Below, piece after piece: positions 61,305-64,000 of a stretch of DNA of 64,000 nt. The position numbers were made by a program, and so were the translations under genes. Under the pieces are notes generated by a model. It made no database searches, was not told the DNA's origin, and saw nothing but the letters and a program-made list of their open reading frames with translations. Position 1 is the stretch's first letter; every line of letters begins with the position of its first letter. This DNA comes from an uncultured Holophagales bacterium (GTDB lineage: Bacteria > Acidobacteriota > Thermoanaerobaculia > Multivoradales > UBA5704). The DNA is taken from the NCBI GenBank assembly GCA_963844885.1, contig CAWJQA010000009.1:142125-206124 (forward strand), given 5' to 3'.

Positions 61305-61409
61305 GGAAAAGGACATAAAGGACTGCAACGACTGCAAGGACTTCAAAGGACGAAGAGGTCCAGCTTCCTTATGTCCTTGAAGTCCTTGCAGTCCTTTATG
61401 TCCTTTTCC
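61305..61409. terminator. Long imperfect inverted repeat (about 37 bp of stem, 21-nt loop) between convergent genes
   Basis: The left arm GGAAAAGGACATAAAGGACTGCAA..GGACTTCAA.GGAC pairs with the right arm at 61373-61409. The region is AT-rich and overlaps the last codons of the GT2 gene. Confidence 0.55.
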
Positions 61410-62878
61410 GCCGCACCAGCGGCGCCACCGCCAGCACCGCCATGTACAGGTAGCCCTGGACAAAGAGGTAGAGGAACGGCAGCGAAGCCCACATCCTCTC
61501 CTTGACCGCGTAAGCCAGGCAGCCGGCGAAGTACAGCGCCAGGGCCAGCTCGACCAGCATCGACAGGTTGCGGCCCGGGCGGTAGCGCTTGCCCAGCCAG
61601 TCCTCTCCGCGATGCTCGATGCGGTACTTGGGTGTGCGGTGGAAGGTGCCTCCTCGCCGAAACAGCCCGGAGAGCACCGCCCTCGCGTTGTTGACCGAGA
61701 GGCCGATCCCCACCCCGAGGACCGCCGGTAGGTACCGGATCTGCCGCCGCCAGTCCAGGCCGGCCGCCTTCTGGCTCACCATGTAAAAAGTCACGACCGA
61801 GACGGTCGCCGCCAGGAAGAGCGGCAGGTCCGTGAGCAGGAGGTTCAACACCGGGGCCCCCCGGCGGATCAGCATGGCCGGGAAGATCAGGACGGCCAGG
61901 ACCACCATCAGGGCGTAGCTGACGTTGTTCGTCAGGTGGACCACGGCCTCCAGCTTGACCCGCCACGGCAGCGGCGCCGCAGAATCCTGCCGAGGAGCTT
62001 GCGGCCGGTCTGGATCGACCCCTTGGCCCAGCGGTACTGCTGGCCCTTGAAGCCGTTGACGTCCACCGGCAGCTCCGAGGGGACGGCCAGGTCCGGCAGG
62101 TAGAGGAACCGCCAGCCGGCGAGCTGCGCGCGGTAGGAGAGGTCCAGATCCTCGGTCAGGGTGTCGTGCTGCCAGCCTCCCGAGCGTCTCGATCGCCTGC
62201 CGGCGCCAGATCCCCGCCGTGCCGTTGAAGTTGAAAAAGCAGCCGCTCCGGTTGCGGGCCGTGTGCTCGATCAGGAAATGGCCGTCCAGCAGGACCGCCT
62301 GCGCCCGGGTCAGCAGCGAATAGCCGCGGTTGATGTGCGCCCAGCTCCCCTGGACCATGCCCAGACCCTCGTCCGCGAAGTACGGCACGGTCCGGCGGAG
62401 GAAATCGGCCTGCGGCACGAAGTCGGCGTCGAAGACCGCGATCAGCTCGCCCCGGGCTCGGCTCAGCCCTGCCGCCAGGGCTCCCGCCTTGAAACCGTGC
62501 CGGTCCGCCCGGCGGAGGTGGTGGACGTCGAGCGCCCAGCCCGCGCTGCTCCTCGACGACCCGGGCGACGATCTCCGAGGTCTCGTCCGTGGAATCGTCC
62601 AGCACCTGGATCTCCAGCCGGCCCGCGGGGTAGTCGAGACGGCAGGCGGCTTCGATCAGCCTCCGGGCGACGTACATCTCGTTGTAGAGTGGGAGCTGAA
62701 CCGTGACCACGGGCCAGTCTTCGGGATCGGCAGGGCGGACCGGCACCCGGTCGCGGGTCCGCAGGTAGAGGACGACCAGCGCCAGGCGGTGCAGGCCGTA
62801 CAGGGCGAGCACCCCCAGGACGAGGTAATAGATTGCCAGAAGTACTGCCAACAAGACTGGTGCCCCCGGAACGCTCAT
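61396..62878 (-). pseudogene. Processive family-2 glycosyltransferase (cellulose-synthase-like); three frame disruptions as sequenced
   Basis: Motifs [28 protein letters not shown] and GQQYRWAKG (QxxRW) are recovered only by switching frames near 62541, 62180 and 61975. Confidence 0.78.
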
Positions 62879-62900
62879 CCCTGCTGCTCGCCCTCCCGCT

Positions 62901-64000
62901 CGTGGGCCTCGGCGCGGCCCTGGTCCTGGTCGGCGATCTCGCCCGTCATGTGCCTCTCACTCTCTGTCTTCTCGGTACCGCGTTCCTGTGGCTCGCCTTC
63001 GCGGCCCGGCGGCTCGAACGCTCCGCCTCCGGAAAGACGATCCTGCTCGGTGCGCTGCTCTTGAGGATCCCGCTGCTGGCGCTGCCTCTGACCCTGTCCG
63101 ACGACGCGCTGCGCTACCTCTGGGACGGCCGGGTGGCCCTCGCGGGCTTCAATCCCTATGCCCTCCCGCCTTCCGACCCCGCGCTGGCTCCGCTCCGGGA
63201 GGATCTCGGGGGTCTCTGGAAACGCCTGCCCCATGCCGAAGTCCCGACCGTCTATCCGCCGCTCGCGGTCGCGGCCTTCAGTATAGCGAGCCGCCTGCCG
63301 CTCCCGATCCTCGCCTGGAAGACCCTCGCCACCGCCGCCGACCTGGCGACCTGCTTCCTCCTCCTCGAGCTCGCCCGCCGCCGCGGCATTCCCGAAGGGC
63401 GGACCGCCTGGTACGCCTGGAGCCCGCTCGTGGCCCTGGAGGTGGCGGGCATGGGCCATGTGGATGCCCTCGGCGTGGCCGCCACGGTGGGCGCGGCGCT
63501 CGCGCTGACCGCCCGGAAGGAGCTGTCGGCGATGACCGCCGGGACCTGGGCCGCGGCCGGAGTGCTGGCGAAGCTGGTGCCGGCCGCCGCCCTCCCCATG
63601 TGGGCGCGGCAGAGCGGGCGGCCTCTCCGGCTGCTCGGCACGGCGGCGGTGCTCGTGGCCGCCGCGGTCCTGCCGGTGGTGGCCGCCACCGGCGGGGTGC
63701 CGCCGGGGCTGGTGACCTACGGCGTCTCCTGGGAGTTCAACGGCCCGGTCTACGAGCCGCTCTGGCGTCTGATCGACGCGGCCGGTATCGCCCCGTTCCT
63801 CTCCAGGACGCTGGCGGCGCTCGAACGCCGGACCGAGATGTGGTACGCCTGGGACTGGATCTACCCCTATCTCTATCCGCAGTTTCTGGCGAAGCTCCTG
63901 CTGGCCGCGGGGATGGGCCTGGCCGTGCTGCTCTCCCTCCGCGAAACCGACACGGTCGCCGGCACCCGGCGCCTTTTCGGCACGCTGCTGCTCCTGTCCG
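62901..64000 (+). CDS. DUF2029/GT87-like polytopic membrane glycosyltransferase, 3' end beyond the window
   Basis: I hand-translated this open frame, which is absent from the ORF track because it has no stop in the window: ..[32 protein letters not shown]... The start is uncertain (GTG 62901 or GTG 62859). Confidence 0.6.

Overview
This is a high-GC bacterial chromosomal window. Hand-sampled 60-mers gave about 68% G+C for most of it, against 55-57% in two patches. The many GFTLIELLIV-type prepilin-like genes suggest an Acidobacteriota-like origin, but that is a weak inference. All translations, alignments and counts here were done by hand and no database search was possible.

About 20 single-nucleotide frame disruptions break otherwise well-conserved genes. 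They may be consensus indel errors or real decay, so I label those genes pseudogene 'as sequenced'.

Content from left to right:
- 1-6.3 kb: housekeeping genes, namely an M20D amidohydrolase, pckA and a MacAB-type efflux system.
- 6.3-10.9 kb: a Fic protein followed by a lower-GC pair, an AAA+ ATPase and an S8 protease, resembling the IetAS defence system.
- 10.9-18.2 kb: two orphan secreted proteins, PhzF and a 1162-aa orphan.
- 18.1-18.5 kb: a 42-bp tandem repeat (14 aa per unit) that looks protein-coding.
- 18.5-20.6 kb: a patch of small genes, with vapBC inserted into one copy of a duplicated small gene.
- 20.5-25.4 kb: a lower-GC island carrying Vsr and an operon of an m5C methyltransferase, a GHKL ATPase and a 386-aa orphan. 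This is my best candidate for an uncharacterised restriction or defence module.
- 25.4-40.2 kb: NAT, HIT, a sensor kinase, a class IV aminotransferase, a CoA-transferase, a PAS-GGDEF-EAL protein, ThiI, a heavily frame-broken TolB-like protein, a 41-bp hairpin array and a CDGSH protein.
- 40.2-43.5 kb: a BNR/sialidase-like protein.
- 44.1-55.0 kb: a minus-strand block of a PAS kinase, PilD, YfhO, four pilin-like genes and two M20 peptidases. All four pilin genes have sigma-54 type promoters, and three are tandem near-identical copies.
- 55-64 kb: a glycan-assembly cluster (GT-C, DegT, GNAT, GT2, GT87). It holds a second E-P-L repeat array that may be an unannotated gene.

I recognised no rRNA, tRNA, CRISPR array, transposase or integrase.
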